Counted from the stretch's first letter, positions 9,432-19,514 are shown. The stretch: 64,000 nucleotides of DNA from a virus (IMGVR_UViG_3300028607_003036:4039-68038); one strand, 5' to 3'. Translations and numbers: made by a program. The notes: generated by a model not told the origin, from the sequence alone.

Positions 9432-9861
9432 AGCCTTTCCCCCCTCTGTTAGTATCAGTCAGTTCATCAACTTCTTCAATTATAGGTAATTCCACCTTCT
9501 GAATAATCATCTGTATAATTTTGTCACCTAAAAATATTTGCTTAATTTTGTCAGAATGGTTAAATAGGTATACTTTAATATCTCCCCTATAACTAGCATC
9601 AATTACACCAGCAAATCTGTGAATACCTTTACTACCCATTCCAGATCTATCCCAGAGAAGACCAACATACCCATCCCAAATCTCTACTGCGATACCTGTA
9701 GAGTATAACTTTCCAGTTCCAGGGTGTAATGACCAAGAAATATTTGAATAAAAATCCAAACCTGCATCCGTTGAATTAGTCCTAGTAGGAAGTTTTGCTG
9801 TTTCGGTTAATCTTTTAACCTTTAAACGTCTTATATAATCGTAATCATAATCAGACATCAC
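9412..9861 (-). CDS. dut: dUTP diphosphatase (trimeric)
   Basis: AGLDF, DRSG, GVIDASYRG, RGGKGFGSSG. Confidence 0.97.
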   Translation of the reverse strand: MMSDYDYDYIRRLKVKRLTETAKLPTRTNSTDAGLDFYSNISWSLHPGTGKLYSTGIAVEIWDGYVGLLWDRSGMGSKGIHRFAGVIDASYRGDIKVYLFNHSDKIKQIFLGDKIIQMIIQKVELPIIEEVDELTDTNRGGKGFGSSGN

Positions 9862-9884
9862 GTTCCTTTTACTTTAAATTAAGT

Positions 9885-10526
9885 TCAATTCCAGTTTTTC
9901 TTTTTATCATTTTTGATATACTTGATAGCATTTTTAATTTTTATTTTAAAGTCATCATTAACATTAGGAAATAATTTCCAATCAATTTTGTCATGTCCAG
10001 TATATACAAATAATTCTAAAATAGGTAATATATACATATTGCACGAATTACATAATATTCCTCTTACGTGACCATTACTATGACAATGGTCTATTTGACC
10101 TTTATTCTTAAAGACGTTTTTACAAATAGGACATATATTTTTTTGTTCTTTTCGTAACTTATTTACAATCTCTGAAACATAGTTTACCTTTTCTTTATTG
10201 GATTTAAATTGTATAGTTAAATGATTTAATGTTCTTTTTGCCGCTCCTAGATAATTACTACAATTTTTACAATATGATTGTCGTCCATCATTATTTGAAT
10301 AGTTTTTATTAAAAAGTGTTCTATGTTTTTTTTGTTCGCAATATATACATGTTTTATGTCCTGATGTTTGTGGTAAATGTCTAGGTTTACGTAGTTTGTT
10401 ATATCGTTTCCAACATTCTTTACATTTGTTATGAAATCCACACTTTTGACTTTTATCCCTATGATAGAAGGATATGGATAATGGAAATATTTTTTTGCAC
10501 TCAAAGCACTGTAAAGTTTGTGACAT
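9885..10526 (-). CDS. Endonuclease VII-type HNH
   Basis: CxxC repeats; CPIC...IDHCHSNGHVRGILCNSCN. Confidence 0.9.
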   Translation of the reverse strand: MSQTLQCFECKKIFPLSISFYHRDKSQKCGFHNKCKECWKRYNKLRKPRHLPQTSGHKTCIYCEQKKHRTLFNKNYSNNDGRQSYCKNCSNYLGAAKRTLNHLTIQFKSNKEKVNYVSEIVNKLRKEQKNICPICKNVFKNKGQIDHCHSNGHVRGILCNSCNMYILPILELFVYTGHDKIDWKLFPNVNDDFKIKIKNAIKYIKNDKKKNWN

Positions 10527-11475
10527 CTTTATGATACCTTTCTGTGGTTATGTTCATTCCTTCTTTTTTAATTTTTTCATGGACAGATTCACACATACAC
10601 TTGTTTTCATTAGGAAATGAGGTCTTAGCAAAAGAGCATAATTTTTTACAACGCCAATCTGTTCTATTATATGATAAGAGCTTTGGTTCCTCTATATCTC
10701 TAATTCTGTGAAACCTTTCTTTTAGTTTGTTCTCAACAAACTCTTTTTTCTGTTGATTGAACGGTTCTAAAGTAAAAGGGCCACCATCTTTAACATAGAA
10801 AATTGTTACAATAATTGTTTTGATATCAGGAAATAGGCGTGAAGCCGCATAACAATATATTAGAAGTTGCATATCTTTATTCAAATCGTCAATTGTTTTC
10901 TTTTTTCCTGTTTCCCAATTTTTTCGTTGTCCAGTTTTCCAGTCTACTATATGTATAACTCCTTTTTCAGGTATAGTAATCATATCAATAATACCACGCA
11001 TTCCGATATATCCAACTTCGCCTTCGTGTTCATATTTTGCCCAATCTTCCATGATTAGAAAATCAAAATATTTTTCCGTTTCAATTACATTGAGGTTTCT
11101 AGGGTCATACATTCCACAGTCAAGAACTTTATACATTAATCTTTTACATTCTTTTAAGTCTTTTTCATCATAATCATGGTGAGATAGAAATACACAGTGA
11201 GTATAGGCACGAAGAATTATATCATCTGGATCTACCGGAAGAACACATAAGCCAATATGGTCGTGTGTGAAAGATTTTTCCCCTTTAATTTGTGCAATTT
11301 TTTCTAGTCCTAGGCATTCTAATGCATCATGCACTATATTACCTATTTCTGCCTTTTTACCAGATGGTTCCCTATAGCCTAATCCATAAGATATATAGAA
11401 CTTTTGCTCACACCAAGATACCGCATTATAGGAACTAGGACTTAGTGATTTAACAATCATACTATCCAACCCCAT
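10501..11475 (-). CDS. PD-(D/E)XK exonuclease (RecB/AddB/Cas4-like)
   Basis: LSPSS...C, E...GIIDMI...IVDWKTG, QLLIY, terminal CxxxC. Confidence 0.88.
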   Translation of the reverse strand: MGLDSMIVKSLSPSSYNAVSWCEQKFYISYGLGYREPSGKKAEIGNIVHDALECLGLEKIAQIKGEKSFTHDHIGLCVLPVDPDDIILRAYTHCVFLSHHDYDEKDLKECKRLMYKVLDCGMYDPRNLNVIETEKYFDFLIMEDWAKYEHEGEVGYIGMRGIIDMITIPEKGVIHIVDWKTGQRKNWETGKKKTIDDLNKDMQLLIYCYAASRLFPDIKTIIVTIFYVKDGGPFTLEPFNQQKKEFVENKLKERFHRIRDIEEPKLLSYNRTDWRCKKLCSFAKTSFPNENKCMCESVHEKIKKEGMNITTERYHKDVTNFTVL

Positions 11476-12215
11476 TGAGTAAGAATTTCTTTAACATTCT
11501 GATTTTGTTGAGAAATAGTCATTTCGTGATTATCTATAATCCAATCAAAACTTTCGAAATCATCTAATGATATTTCACTAGCATGTGTATCTACGTGAAT
11601 ATTTCGTGCTAGTTTTATAACTTTTCCTCTAACTTTTTGAATACCAGTTACTTCATTTGGAAATCGACAATCGGTAATCAATGCTAGGGGCACCTGTTCA
11701 TATTTAATTTTATTCAGTGTTGACTGAATCCAGCAGTTATTAAATATTTTACGACACACATCTGTTCCCCACAGTTGAAGAAACTGTCTCGCCGTGATCT
11801 TTTTATTACCACATTCTTTTAGGTTTTTAAATCCAAACTTCTTTCTTATTTCTGGAAACATATCCTTCCAGTAATATTGTGTCTCACTATTTTTTTGTTC
11901 GTTTGTTCCGAAACATTGTTCTTCTGTTAATCCAAAAAGATTAATGCATATCTCCTTGAGAGTATCGGCAAAACTGTATAATTTAACAAAGGGCCAAATA
12001 TGCTCCTCTAACCACCTTTGCCACAGGGGATTACGTGATGTAAAATCTAAAACGCCCTCTTTATCAAATGTAGTTTCTGTTACTAGATTTCCATTGGCAT
12101 CTATGCGAAAATGTCTTAAAACTCCAAATGATATAAGTTCTTCACCGGCTATAAAATTAGCAGCGGTGTTCTTTCCAGACTGTTTTTTTCCAGCAAATGC
12201 TAGTATTCTTTGCAT
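11457..12215 (-). CDS. Deoxynucleoside monophosphate kinase
   Basis: GKKQSGKNT P-loop, SFADTLKE, RQFLQLWGTD, TDCRFPNE. Confidence 0.9.
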   Translation of the reverse strand: MQRILAFAGKKQSGKNTAANFIAGEELISFGVLRHFRIDANGNLVTETTFDKEGVLDFTSRNPLWQRWLEEHIWPFVKLYSFADTLKEICINLFGLTEEQCFGTNEQKNSETQYYWKDMFPEIRKKFGFKNLKECGNKKITARQFLQLWGTDVCRKIFNNCWIQSTLNKIKYEQVPLALITDCRFPNEVTGIQKVRGKVIKLARNIHVDTHASEISLDDFESFDWIIDNHEMTISQQNQNVKEILTQWGWIV

Positions 12216-13399
12216 TATTCACCTAACATTTCCTTATAAATATTTTTTATTAAATTAAATGATGGTGCTATATCTTTAGTAATTTCATCACTATTGAGCA
12301 GTCCTGGATCATTAGCATCAAATGTAGGAAAATATAGTCTATAAAGATTAGAATACTCTTTTCTAATTTTTTCGGATGCTATGCGTCCCGGTTCATCTTT
12401 ATCCAACATTATGATAAGTGTTAATACTCCTATTTTATTTAGCTTTACTAGCTGAGTATCGCTAAGAGTGGTGCCAAATATTCCAACAACATTTTTAATA
12501 CCATTTTCAACTAATCGTAAAACATCAGTTGGCCCCTCTGTTAGAACTGCACACTTTTTTTTCTTTATTTCTTCTTTGGCATACCAATAATTAAATAGAT
12601 GATCTTGTTTAAGAAATCCTTTGGAGTGTATCCACTTACTACTAATGAATTTATCATAATCATTTTGCGGGCAATTACCTTGATGATAATATTTACAATG
12701 ATTGCATAGTTTAAAAATGCTGCGCCCAGTGCATCCTAACATAAATTTACCATCATCATCATATACTGGTATTACTATACGATTATACATTGTGGGCTTA
12801 TGTTTATTTTTACAAAGCCCAATATCATATTTGTTAAGTAATTCGGCAGAAAATCCTCTATCAATATAGTACTGTGGCGGAATTGTTAACCTAGGCCTTA
12901 TCATTTCTCGTGTGATTCCAGTATTCTGTAAGCGTCCGTTATTTTCAAATGACGCAACCTGATTTATAAAGTTACGTTTTTCTAGTGCTTCTTCATCTAT
13001 TTTAAAAGTGTTATGATCTATTTTTAGTTTAGATTCAATATATTTTATTGTTTCAAAAAAGGAGGCTTTAGTGCCATTTATATTGGATAGAATGCCACGT
13101 ATAAGTCCTAATATACTTACTCCATATTCTTGGTGGCAAAGGTGTGTCCAACAAGCAAACGTTCCATAATATGGATCGTCTTTATCACACTTTACATTAC
13201 ACGCAGTTGGATTATCAGCTTCTTTATGTATAGGGCAAATTCCACGATACATTTTTCCAACTTTATGCATCTTAAAACCAAGTTCGTCCATGAATAGTTC
13301 AAAATTATCCATAGCCATATTTGACAATAGTATAAGTTTTTCTTTATCATAGTGATAATTTTTCGTCTGGTTTTTCAAATTTAAATTCTGATTGTACAT
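12215..13399 (-). CDS. dnaG: DNA primase (DnaG-like, Zn finger and TOPRIM)
   Basis: CPIH...ACW..C zinc finger, RIVIPV...GR, TEGPTDV, LDKDEPG. Confidence 0.92.
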   Translation of the reverse strand: MYNQNLNLKNQTKNYHYDKEKLILLSNMAMDNFELFMDELGFKMHKVGKMYRGICPIHKEADNPTACNVKCDKDDPYYGTFACWTHLCHQEYGVSILGLIRGILSNINGTKASFFETIKYIESKLKIDHNTFKIDEEALEKRNFINQVASFENNGRLQNTGITREMIRPRLTIPPQYYIDRGFSAELLNKYDIGLCKNKHKPTMYNRIVIPVYDDDGKFMLGCTGRSIFKLCNHCKYYHQGNCPQNDYDKFISSKWIHSKGFLKQDHLFNYWYAKEEIKKKKCAVLTEGPTDVLRLVENGIKNVVGIFGTTLSDTQLVKLNKIGVLTLIIMLDKDEPGRIASEKIRKEYSNLYRLYFPTFDANDPGLLNSDEITKDIAPSFNLIKNIYKEMLGE

Positions 13400-14765
13400 T
13401 CAGCTCACTTTTTGCTCCAACTTCCTGAATATCACAAATGTCACCACGAAAATTCATTGATACATAATCACCAAATGACATACCAGGACCGTGTCTCGTC
13501 ATCACTTGTACCATTTTTCTGTTTCCATTATTTGGCCCATCTTCTGCTAGTTCTTCTGGTGTCTTAGGTTTAAAAATACTAAACGAAGTACAAAACCACG
13601 AAAGCCTATCTGACATACCTATAACCGAGCTAGATTCTTCATTGATTCCATCTCTATTTAGTTGTAAAAATGATAGGCATGGTAATTTATACTGGATACA
13701 TAAATCATTTAATTCAGTTAGCTGAAATCCTAATACTTGATGTTCTTGTAGGGATGATGATATTCCTTTGGCATTCATTAATTTAAAATAATCGTATATT
13801 AATAATCCATTATTCCCCATTCCAACATTACGCATAAACCATCTACGAACAATGGATAATATGTCTTTAAAATCACGACCAGCAACACTAATATATTTAT
13901 ACGGTAAGGATTTTAATTCGCTGCCCGCATCTTTTATTAAGAGTTTTTTTCTAGAATCTTTTACATATTGTCCAGTTTCTATCTCATCTTTTGAAATCCT
14001 CGATAATTTAGCTAACATTCTATTCCAGTGTTCTTCAATTTCCATTTCTGTATCTAGTAAAAGAACTGGTATATTCAAGTTTTTTGATACATAGATTGCG
14101 GTATTATCTGCAATACTACTCTTTCCAACTTTTGCTCTTGCTCCTATTAGAGTAACGCCCGTTCTTACTCCACCACCAATTGATTGGTCATATCTTGGAT
14201 ATCCAGTGGGTATTCCCATTGATTGGGTTGGATTTTCTTCTAAATATTTTATATAATCTTCTATTCCATTGCCAAAAGTTACTGGTTCATTACTATTATC
14301 TGTCAAAGAATTACTAATCTCATAGATATTATTTTCTGCTATTCCTATAATATCTGATAACGATTCATCACCCCGAATTTGTGATATTTTACTTTTAGAA
14401 TCTTCTAATTTTATTAAAAGTTTTCGAGCAATTTCTAATCGTTTTATTCTTTTAGCAAAGTCTCTAACATTAGATAGTTCTACCTGTGTAGAAATTATTG
14501 CTTTGAGATGTTTTTTTTCTAAGGACTTTTCAAAGAATGATTTGAACCCAAGGGAGTTAGCAACTGATATAATAGTTAAAATATCTATAGTTTTAGGTTG
14601 ACTATCTTTATAGATATGGTTTAAACAGGTAAATAAATATTGATTAGACTCTATTGTGAAAGATTGACTATTTAGAAGATCGCTACAATCAATGTATCCA
14701 TCTAATCCGTGCTGAATTATTCCAGCTAAAACGCCCCTCTCTGAAGCAGCATCACTTAAAAGCAT
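13347..14765 (-). CDS. dnaB: Replicative DNA helicase DnaB-like
   Basis: AERGVLAGI N-domain, GARAKVGKS, DTEM, IYDYFKLM, QLNR; no intein seen. Confidence 0.95.
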   Translation of the reverse strand: MLLSDAASERGVLAGIIQHGLDGYIDCSDLLNSQSFTIESNQYLFTCLNHIYKDSQPKTIDILTIISVANSLGFKSFFEKSLEKKHLKAIISTQVELSNVRDFAKRIKRLEIARKLLIKLEDSKSKISQIRGDESLSDIIGIAENNIYEISNSLTDNSNEPVTFGNGIEDYIKYLEENPTQSMGIPTGYPRYDQSIGGGVRTGVTLIGARAKVGKSSIADNTAIYVSKNLNIPVLLLDTEMEIEEHWNRMLAKLSRISKDEIETGQYVKDSRKKLLIKDAGSELKSLPYKYISVAGRDFKDILSIVRRWFMRNVGMGNNGLLIYDYFKLMNAKGISSSLQEHQVLGFQLTELNDLCIQYKLPCLSFLQLNRDGINEESSSVIGMSDRLSWFCTSFSIFKPKTPEELAEDGPNNGNRKMVQVMTRHGPGMSFGDYVSMNFRGDICDIQEVGAKSELNVQSEFKFEKPDEKLSL

Positions 14766-14768
14766 AAT

Positions 14769-15254
14769 TTACCCCTGTCCACAACAACTACTGCAACGAT
14801 ATTTTACTTTATCTCCATAATATAATGTAGATGCAATTACTTCTTTTTTAGAACACACCCCGCATGTTACTTTAACAAATCCAGCCTTTGGTCTATGATG
14901 AATATTTCCAGGGGCACCAAGATGGGGTTTTATAGAAACTCTTAGCTCTGGAGAAATACTGAAATCATCATTAAACTTATTTTGCCTTGGTTTTGCTACA
15001 AATAGCTCTTTTCTTCCATAATTTTTTTCTTTTTCTTCAACTAGTTGTTTGCCAGTTTTGAGCTCTTCTGTCGTCACATTTCCCGGTGGCGGCATTTTAA
15101 CAATATTTTTTATATACGGTTCTAAATCTGGCTTAGGTTCCGGCGGTGGTGGAGGAAGAGTTGCTGTTTGCTGCTGTTTAATCAAATCTATTAAAATATC
15201 CAGTTTTTCTTCTACGTCGTTTTGCCGCTGTGTTAGTGTTTTTTTCTTAGTCAT
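14769..15254 (-). CDS. Hypothetical protein with polyproline tract and C-terminal Zn ribbon
   Basis: PPPPPEP; CGVC...CSSC. Confidence 0.7.
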   Translation of the reverse strand: MTKKKTLTQRQNDVEEKLDILIDLIKQQQTATLPPPPPEPKPDLEPYIKNIVKMPPPGNVTTEELKTGKQLVEEKEKNYGRKELFVAKPRQNKFNDDFSISPELRVSIKPHLGAPGNIHHRPKAGFVKVTCGVCSKKEVIASTLYYGDKVKYRCSSCCGQG

Positions 15255-15304
15255 TTATTTCTTCTTTATATTTATATGCGACTAATATTTTTGTAAAACT
15301 TCTT

Positions 15305-15796
15305 CTATCCATTTCTTACTCCCATAATTCCCGAATAAATCTTAGAATGAAACGATACACGTGTCGATAAAAAATCTATCGTGTTTAGTTTTGCCCTTGC
15401 CACCCCTTGTATCTGATATAGTTTTCTGGTATAGTCATTTGCTTTTATTGCCTTCATTTTCCGTTCTTGATATGAGTATCCCTGATATTGGTCTACTTGA
15501 TCTGCTATAGTTATATTAATTAAACTTTCAGCCCAGTCAATCGTTGATTTTTGTGTATTTTGTTCACTTTGTAAAAACATAGCAAATCTACTCAAAATAA
15601 CGGCAGCTTCTGCATTTTCATCTCTAGAAAGCTTCTTAATCTTTCCCGCTTCTATATTCAGGTAGAAATCTACTTTAGACTCTTTTTTGTAAGTTGGTAG
15701 ATTGAGTGAATTCTTATAATCCTGTAACATCTTATCCACACGAGACTTATGCTCTTCAGCTAGTGAGGATTGCTCCCCATTCTTTTTGTCTATCAT
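15305..15796 (-). CDS. Hypothetical helical protein, possibly a UvsY-like recombination mediator
   Basis: Helical; lies between recA and dnaB. The function is inferred from context only. Confidence 0.35.
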   Translation of the reverse strand: MIDKKNGEQSSLAEEHKSRVDKMLQDYKNSLNLPTYKKESKVDFYLNIEAGKIKKLSRDENAEAAVILSRFAMFLQSEQNTQKSTIDWAESLINITIADQVDQYQGYSYQERKMKAIKANDYTRKLYQIQGVARAKLNTIDFLSTRVSFHSKIYSGIMGVRNG

Positions 15797-16157
15797 AGGG
15801 AAATACCACTAAACGAATTTTGTTTAAATTGCACCACTGCTCCTTCTTCAGATCTCGATTCTGTGATTTATAATATGCTAGTTTGTCATTAAAGAAATGA
15901 GGGTTGAACTTATAGTGTTGTTCACCATGGACCTCGATTGCTAAATTTTTATTACAAATATAAAAATCTATATATAAGCTTTCACCGGGAATTGGAACTT
16001 CTTCGGCAATTAGATACATAGAAAATTGTAACTTCAACAGTGCTCTAGCTTTAAGGTGAAGTTGTGATCTAGGTCTTTCATCATTGGATTTTGGTAGATA
16101 TTTTGATAGATTTAAAAAATGTTGTTTACCGCTAAGATCTTTTACAAACATTATCAT
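15756..16157 (-). CDS. Vsr/DUF559-like PD-(D/E)XK endonuclease
   Basis: IDFY...LAIEVHGEQHY...RDLKKEQWC...IRL. Confidence 0.85.
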   Translation of the reverse strand: MIMFVKDLSGKQHFLNLSKYLPKSNDERPRSQLHLKARALLKLQFSMYLIAEEVPIPGESLYIDFYICNKNLAIEVHGEQHYKFNPHFFNDKLAYYKSQNRDLKKEQWCNLNKIRLVVFPYDRQKEWGAILTS

Positions 16158-16249
16158 TCTATATTTTTTGATTTTATCCAGAATAAAAATTTTTGTTTAT
16201 TATATTTATCTTTTTTACTAAGATTCTCTAATTTACATGGAACTTTCAC
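16154..16249 (-). CDS. 31-aa coupled ORF (MKVPCKLENLSKKDKYNKQKFLFWIKSKNIE), possible HNH tail remnant
   Basis: The GTG overlaps the recA stop and the TGA overlaps the next ATG. Confidence 0.4.
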   Translation of the reverse strand: MKVPCKLENLSKKDKYNKQKFLFWIKSKNIE

Positions 16250-17289
16250 ATCAATATCTCCTTAATTTTAGTTTCTAAAAGCATATAAGCCTCTGAATTT
16301 TTTAGTAGGAACTGATACATCTTCTCTTTTCCCTGTATTATAAATTCTTTCTTATCTTCAGATAATTTATCTAAAAATGGAGAAGTGATCCATGCACCCT
16401 TTTGTACTAAGATTCCACAATCAAGACCAATATTCATAACTTCATACATCTTATCTAATCCAATGCCATATCTTATAAATCCCGTAATTTCATTTCCTGG
16501 GCCACAAAGCGGGGAGCACTCACAAATCCAAGTAAGTTCTTGACCAACTGGTTTATCACTATTTTTAACAAAGGAGAATTTCTTAATCTTAAGTTTAGTA
16601 TCAGTAATATACCGAATCGCATTTCCAGATTTTTCTACCATGCTAGCACCATATCCGGAAGGATTCGCTTGTAATTGTAAGATACAGATAAATATAACAT
16701 CTTGGACCGGCAATAAATTAGAAATCTTACGACAGAATTTTGCTAATAACTTAGGACCATCCGCCCGTTGCATTTCATCCATTCCAGCGGTTAGTTCCGC
16801 ATTGGTACAAATAGCACCGGCACTATCTAAGATGATTACGCATCCAGGATGACTCTTAATTAGATGTTCAGCAATAGCTAGATATTTTTCGCCCGTTAGA
16901 AGATTTCCTTTTTGAGACTCAATAATTGTAAATCTCTTTGGATCTAATCCTTTAATTCCAAGGAGGTCTCTACTACGGAGCCTAGCCTCTACATTTAAAT
17001 AATAAACCCATCTATTACCATATTCGGATTTTTGACAGTTGGATGCTATAGATAAAGAGGTCAAGCTTTTTCCAGCTTTTGGGGGACCAGATAATGTGAT
17101 GAAAGACCCACTAATAATACCCCCTGTAATTAGGTCAAGTGCGGGTGAAATTGGAATGACTTCCTGTTTCTTACTTACTAAGTCAAATCCTGTTGTGAGT
17201 TTAACTCCATAATCTTTTGATATTTCTTTTTTAATTTTTTCCAGTGGATCAATAATAGGTTCAGGCTCTACCGTTTTAGTTTGACTCAT
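16246..17289 (-). CDS. recA: RecA/UvsX recombinase
   Basis: GPPKAGKS Walker A, IILDSAGA, QLQ, GNAIRY...LKI. Confidence 0.95.
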   Translation of the reverse strand: MSQTKTVEPEPIIDPLEKIKKEISKDYGVKLTTGFDLVSKKQEVIPISPALDLITGGIISGSFITLSGPPKAGKSLTSLSIASNCQKSEYGNRWVYYLNVEARLRSRDLLGIKGLDPKRFTIIESQKGNLLTGEKYLAIAEHLIKSHPGCVIILDSAGAICTNAELTAGMDEMQRADGPKLLAKFCRKISNLLPVQDVIFICILQLQANPSGYGASMVEKSGNAIRYITDTKLKIKKFSFVKNSDKPVGQELTWICECSPLCGPGNEITGFIRYGIGLDKMYEVMNIGLDCGILVQKGAWITSPFLDKLSEDKKEFIIQGKEKMYQFLLKNSEAYMLLETKIKEILM

Positions 17290-17714
17290 AATTCATCCTT
17301 AATACTATGCTTAGCAAATCTTTTACGGGGCTTCGTATCTTTAGATACAGGCTTTTTATTCCAAGTTTTTGACAGAGATTTCAGTGTTTCATCATATTTC
17401 TTCTGCTCAATTTTAATAAGTGGTTCTAATATAAAATTAGCCCCTAATGAATACACGTTTCTCGTTTCACGTTTATTGAGAGATTTAACAATGGGGGCAA
17501 TATCGTATTTTTTTAGTAGCCTATTAGCATGTAAGATTTGAAGCTTAAACGTCTTCTTCCATTCCGGAAGATTCCAGAATTTATTAGGCAAGGCTTTTTT
17601 ATCTTTTTTCGCTACTTTTTCACAAACAAGTTCTACTAAATATGCGGCAGGAGTTATCCAACCTCCACCATGACGAGATTCAAAACAGCACTTATCCGTT
17701 CTTTTTGTAGCCAT
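17286..17714 (-). CDS. Hypothetical protein
   Basis: 142-aa basic ORF coupled to recA. Confidence 0.75.
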   Translation of the reverse strand: MATKRTDKCCFESRHGGGWITPAAYLVELVCEKVAKKDKKALPNKFWNLPEWKKTFKLQILHANRLLKKYDIAPIVKSLNKRETRNVYSLGANFILEPLIKIEQKKYDETLKSLSKTWNKKPVSKDTKPRKRFAKHSIKDEL

Positions 17715-17786
17715 AATTTTTAAAATATTCTCCTATGTCAAATAAATCTTTAGAAGTTAATGACTCATTCTAGGAAATTTCTTCTA

Positions 17787-18176
17787 TCATTCATGATAAT
17801 TCCTTATTAAAAGTTTCTCGTACCTAGAAACGGGACGCACTTCTTTTCTTTCGGGAATATGTGTTAATCCCGGTAATCTCCACCAATTTACATGAACAAG
17901 GTTGCCACGTAATTTGCCTACCACATAATAATTATGAGGAGTTTCCCCAGGATGGGCGGATAAACCCTTAGAAAATGTATATCCATCAGCGGAACCGCTG
18001 ATTTTTATGGTATTGTTATTATAATTGAAAGATAGTTTTACAATTGACAGGTTGTTACTTTCAACGTAGTTTTTGAGGTCTAACCATATATGACCATTAT
18101 TAAGGTTAAGATGATTCCAAAGTTGATCGTCTTCATGAAATACTGAGTTATCTGAAAGTTTTACTGTCCAACACAA
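17787..18176 (-). CDS. Hypothetical protein
   Basis: TTG start preceded by GGGGA. Confidence 0.7.
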   Translation of the reverse strand: MCWTVKLSDNSVFHEDDQLWNHLNLNNGHIWLDLKNYVESNNLSIVKLSFNYNNNTIKISGSADGYTFSKGLSAHPGETPHNYYVVGKLRGNLVHVNWWRLPGLTHIPERKEVRPVSRYEKLLIRNYHE

Positions 18177-18233
18177 GATAATCCCCTAATTAAATATCAT
18201 CATTTATAATATTCATCACACATAATTCCTTGA

Positions 18234-18581
18234 TTATTTTATTTTATGAATATTATTTTTATATTTAGTTTCTAGGGATGTTTGTTCTTTTCTTCTAAGA
18301 TCACTATATTCTGATGCCCCTTCTGTTAAAATCGTTACACCTTCAATATGTTCTTTATTTTCAAGACTCATCATCTTTTCCATACGACTTTTCTCCGTAG
18401 CATTCTTAACCTTGGTGATTTCATCCTTTCTCTTATCACTCAATGTTTCTAAATACTTGTTTATTTGTGGAACGGTCCTATGTATATCATCTGCTATAAC
18501 TTCAATAGATAATATTTTAATTTGACTATCAATATAGAATTTTTCGGATTTTGAGAGTGGACCTCTTCGTCTTTCAGCCAT
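18234..18581 (-). CDS. Hypothetical protein, possible HTH
   Basis: LSKSEKFYI...IADDIHRTVPQINKYL. Confidence 0.55.
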   Translation of the reverse strand: MAERRRGPLSKSEKFYIDSQIKILSIEVIADDIHRTVPQINKYLETLSDKRKDEITKVKNATEKSRMEKMMSLENKEHIEGVTILTEGASEYSDLRRKEQTSLETKYKNNIHKIK

Positions 18582-18592
18582 TGATATTTCTC

Positions 18593-19057
18593 CTATTTAA
18601 TTTTGTGGATGTCACTATTATATTTTGTATCTAATGATAATTCTGCTTTTGTAGGATTTACATTCTCATAGGCATTAATATTTTTCCTTTGTTCTACAGC
18701 ACGTAGAAATCTAGGATTTTTAGTTTTAAGAAACTTAATATAGATATCAAAAGTAGGCCGAGAAACTTCTCTAAATTTCCAGTATTTATCTCCCATTCGC
18801 CTATTTTTACTTGCCATACCCGTTTCTTTATTTGTTGGATCAAATACTTCACCACGCTTTCCAACCATGATATGAAAGAAATATTTATCGTTTAAAATAG
18901 ATAGGACAGCATGAATATCTTTAGGAGGATCTAATATTTCACCCATAGGAAGAAACTCTGTCATCACAGAAGTTCCACAACTATTAAAATAAGTTCTAGA
19001 AATTGATTCTTCTTCGATCTCGGTTAGTCTTCCGGTTTTTGGATTAATAAAACTCAT
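18593..19057 (-). CDS. Hypothetical protein
   Basis: 154-aa ORF in operon. Confidence 0.7.
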   Translation of the reverse strand: MSFINPKTGRLTEIEEESISRTYFNSCGTSVMTEFLPMGEILDPPKDIHAVLSILNDKYFFHIMVGKRGEVFDPTNKETGMASKNRRMGDKYWKFREVSRPTFDIYIKFLKTKNPRFLRAVEQRKNINAYENVNPTKAELSLDTKYNSDIHKIK

Positions 19058-19452
19058 TATATTCTTCCCGTCTTAATATAATTTTCTTTTTCTTTTTTCG
19101 TAGCTCGTTGTAGCTTCTTTTTTGGTTTGTCGTCTCTATACCATGGACGCTTAGTACTTAGTTCAACTCTTTCCATTCCAGAAGGTAGTTCCGATGGATG
19201 TTTATATGATTTATCATTTTGAGCCCTCTTTTTATCTTCAAGCTCATATGTTCCCATCTTATCAGTATTTCTTGCTGCATGTAGTCCCAGCGTTTTAGCA
19301 TCGTTATAGACATAAACATGTGGTGCAAATATTACCCTATGAAGCTTGGGCAACTTACATTCTGGACATTTACGCTTAGCTCTAGCGTGATAATCTTGTT
19401 TTAGCTCAAAATTGTATTTACAGTTATCACATTGATATTCATATATGGGAAT
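19057..19452 (-). CDS. FmdB-family zinc-ribbon protein with ATT start codon
   Basis: In-frame extension gives (M)PIYEYQCDNC...F...CPEC..LHRVIFAP. There is an in-frame TGA upstream and no ATG/GTG/TTG; a GGAAGG SD-like sequence precedes the ATT. Confidence 0.8.
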   Translation of the reverse strand: MPIYEYQCDNCKYNFELKQDYHARAKRKCPECKLPKLHRVIFAPHVYVYNDAKTLGLHAARNTDKMGTYELEDKKRAQNDKSYKHPSELPSGMERVELSTKRPWYRDDKPKKKLQRATKKEKENYIKTGRI

Positions 19453-19514
19453 TTTATTTATCCTTCCACACTTTATTATTACTAATCATTTACTGATTCT
19501 TCTTTCATAATACT

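Noticed and set aside
15269-15276. T4 late promoter TATAAATA
   Set aside because: An all-A/T 8-mer is expected often by chance in this composition.
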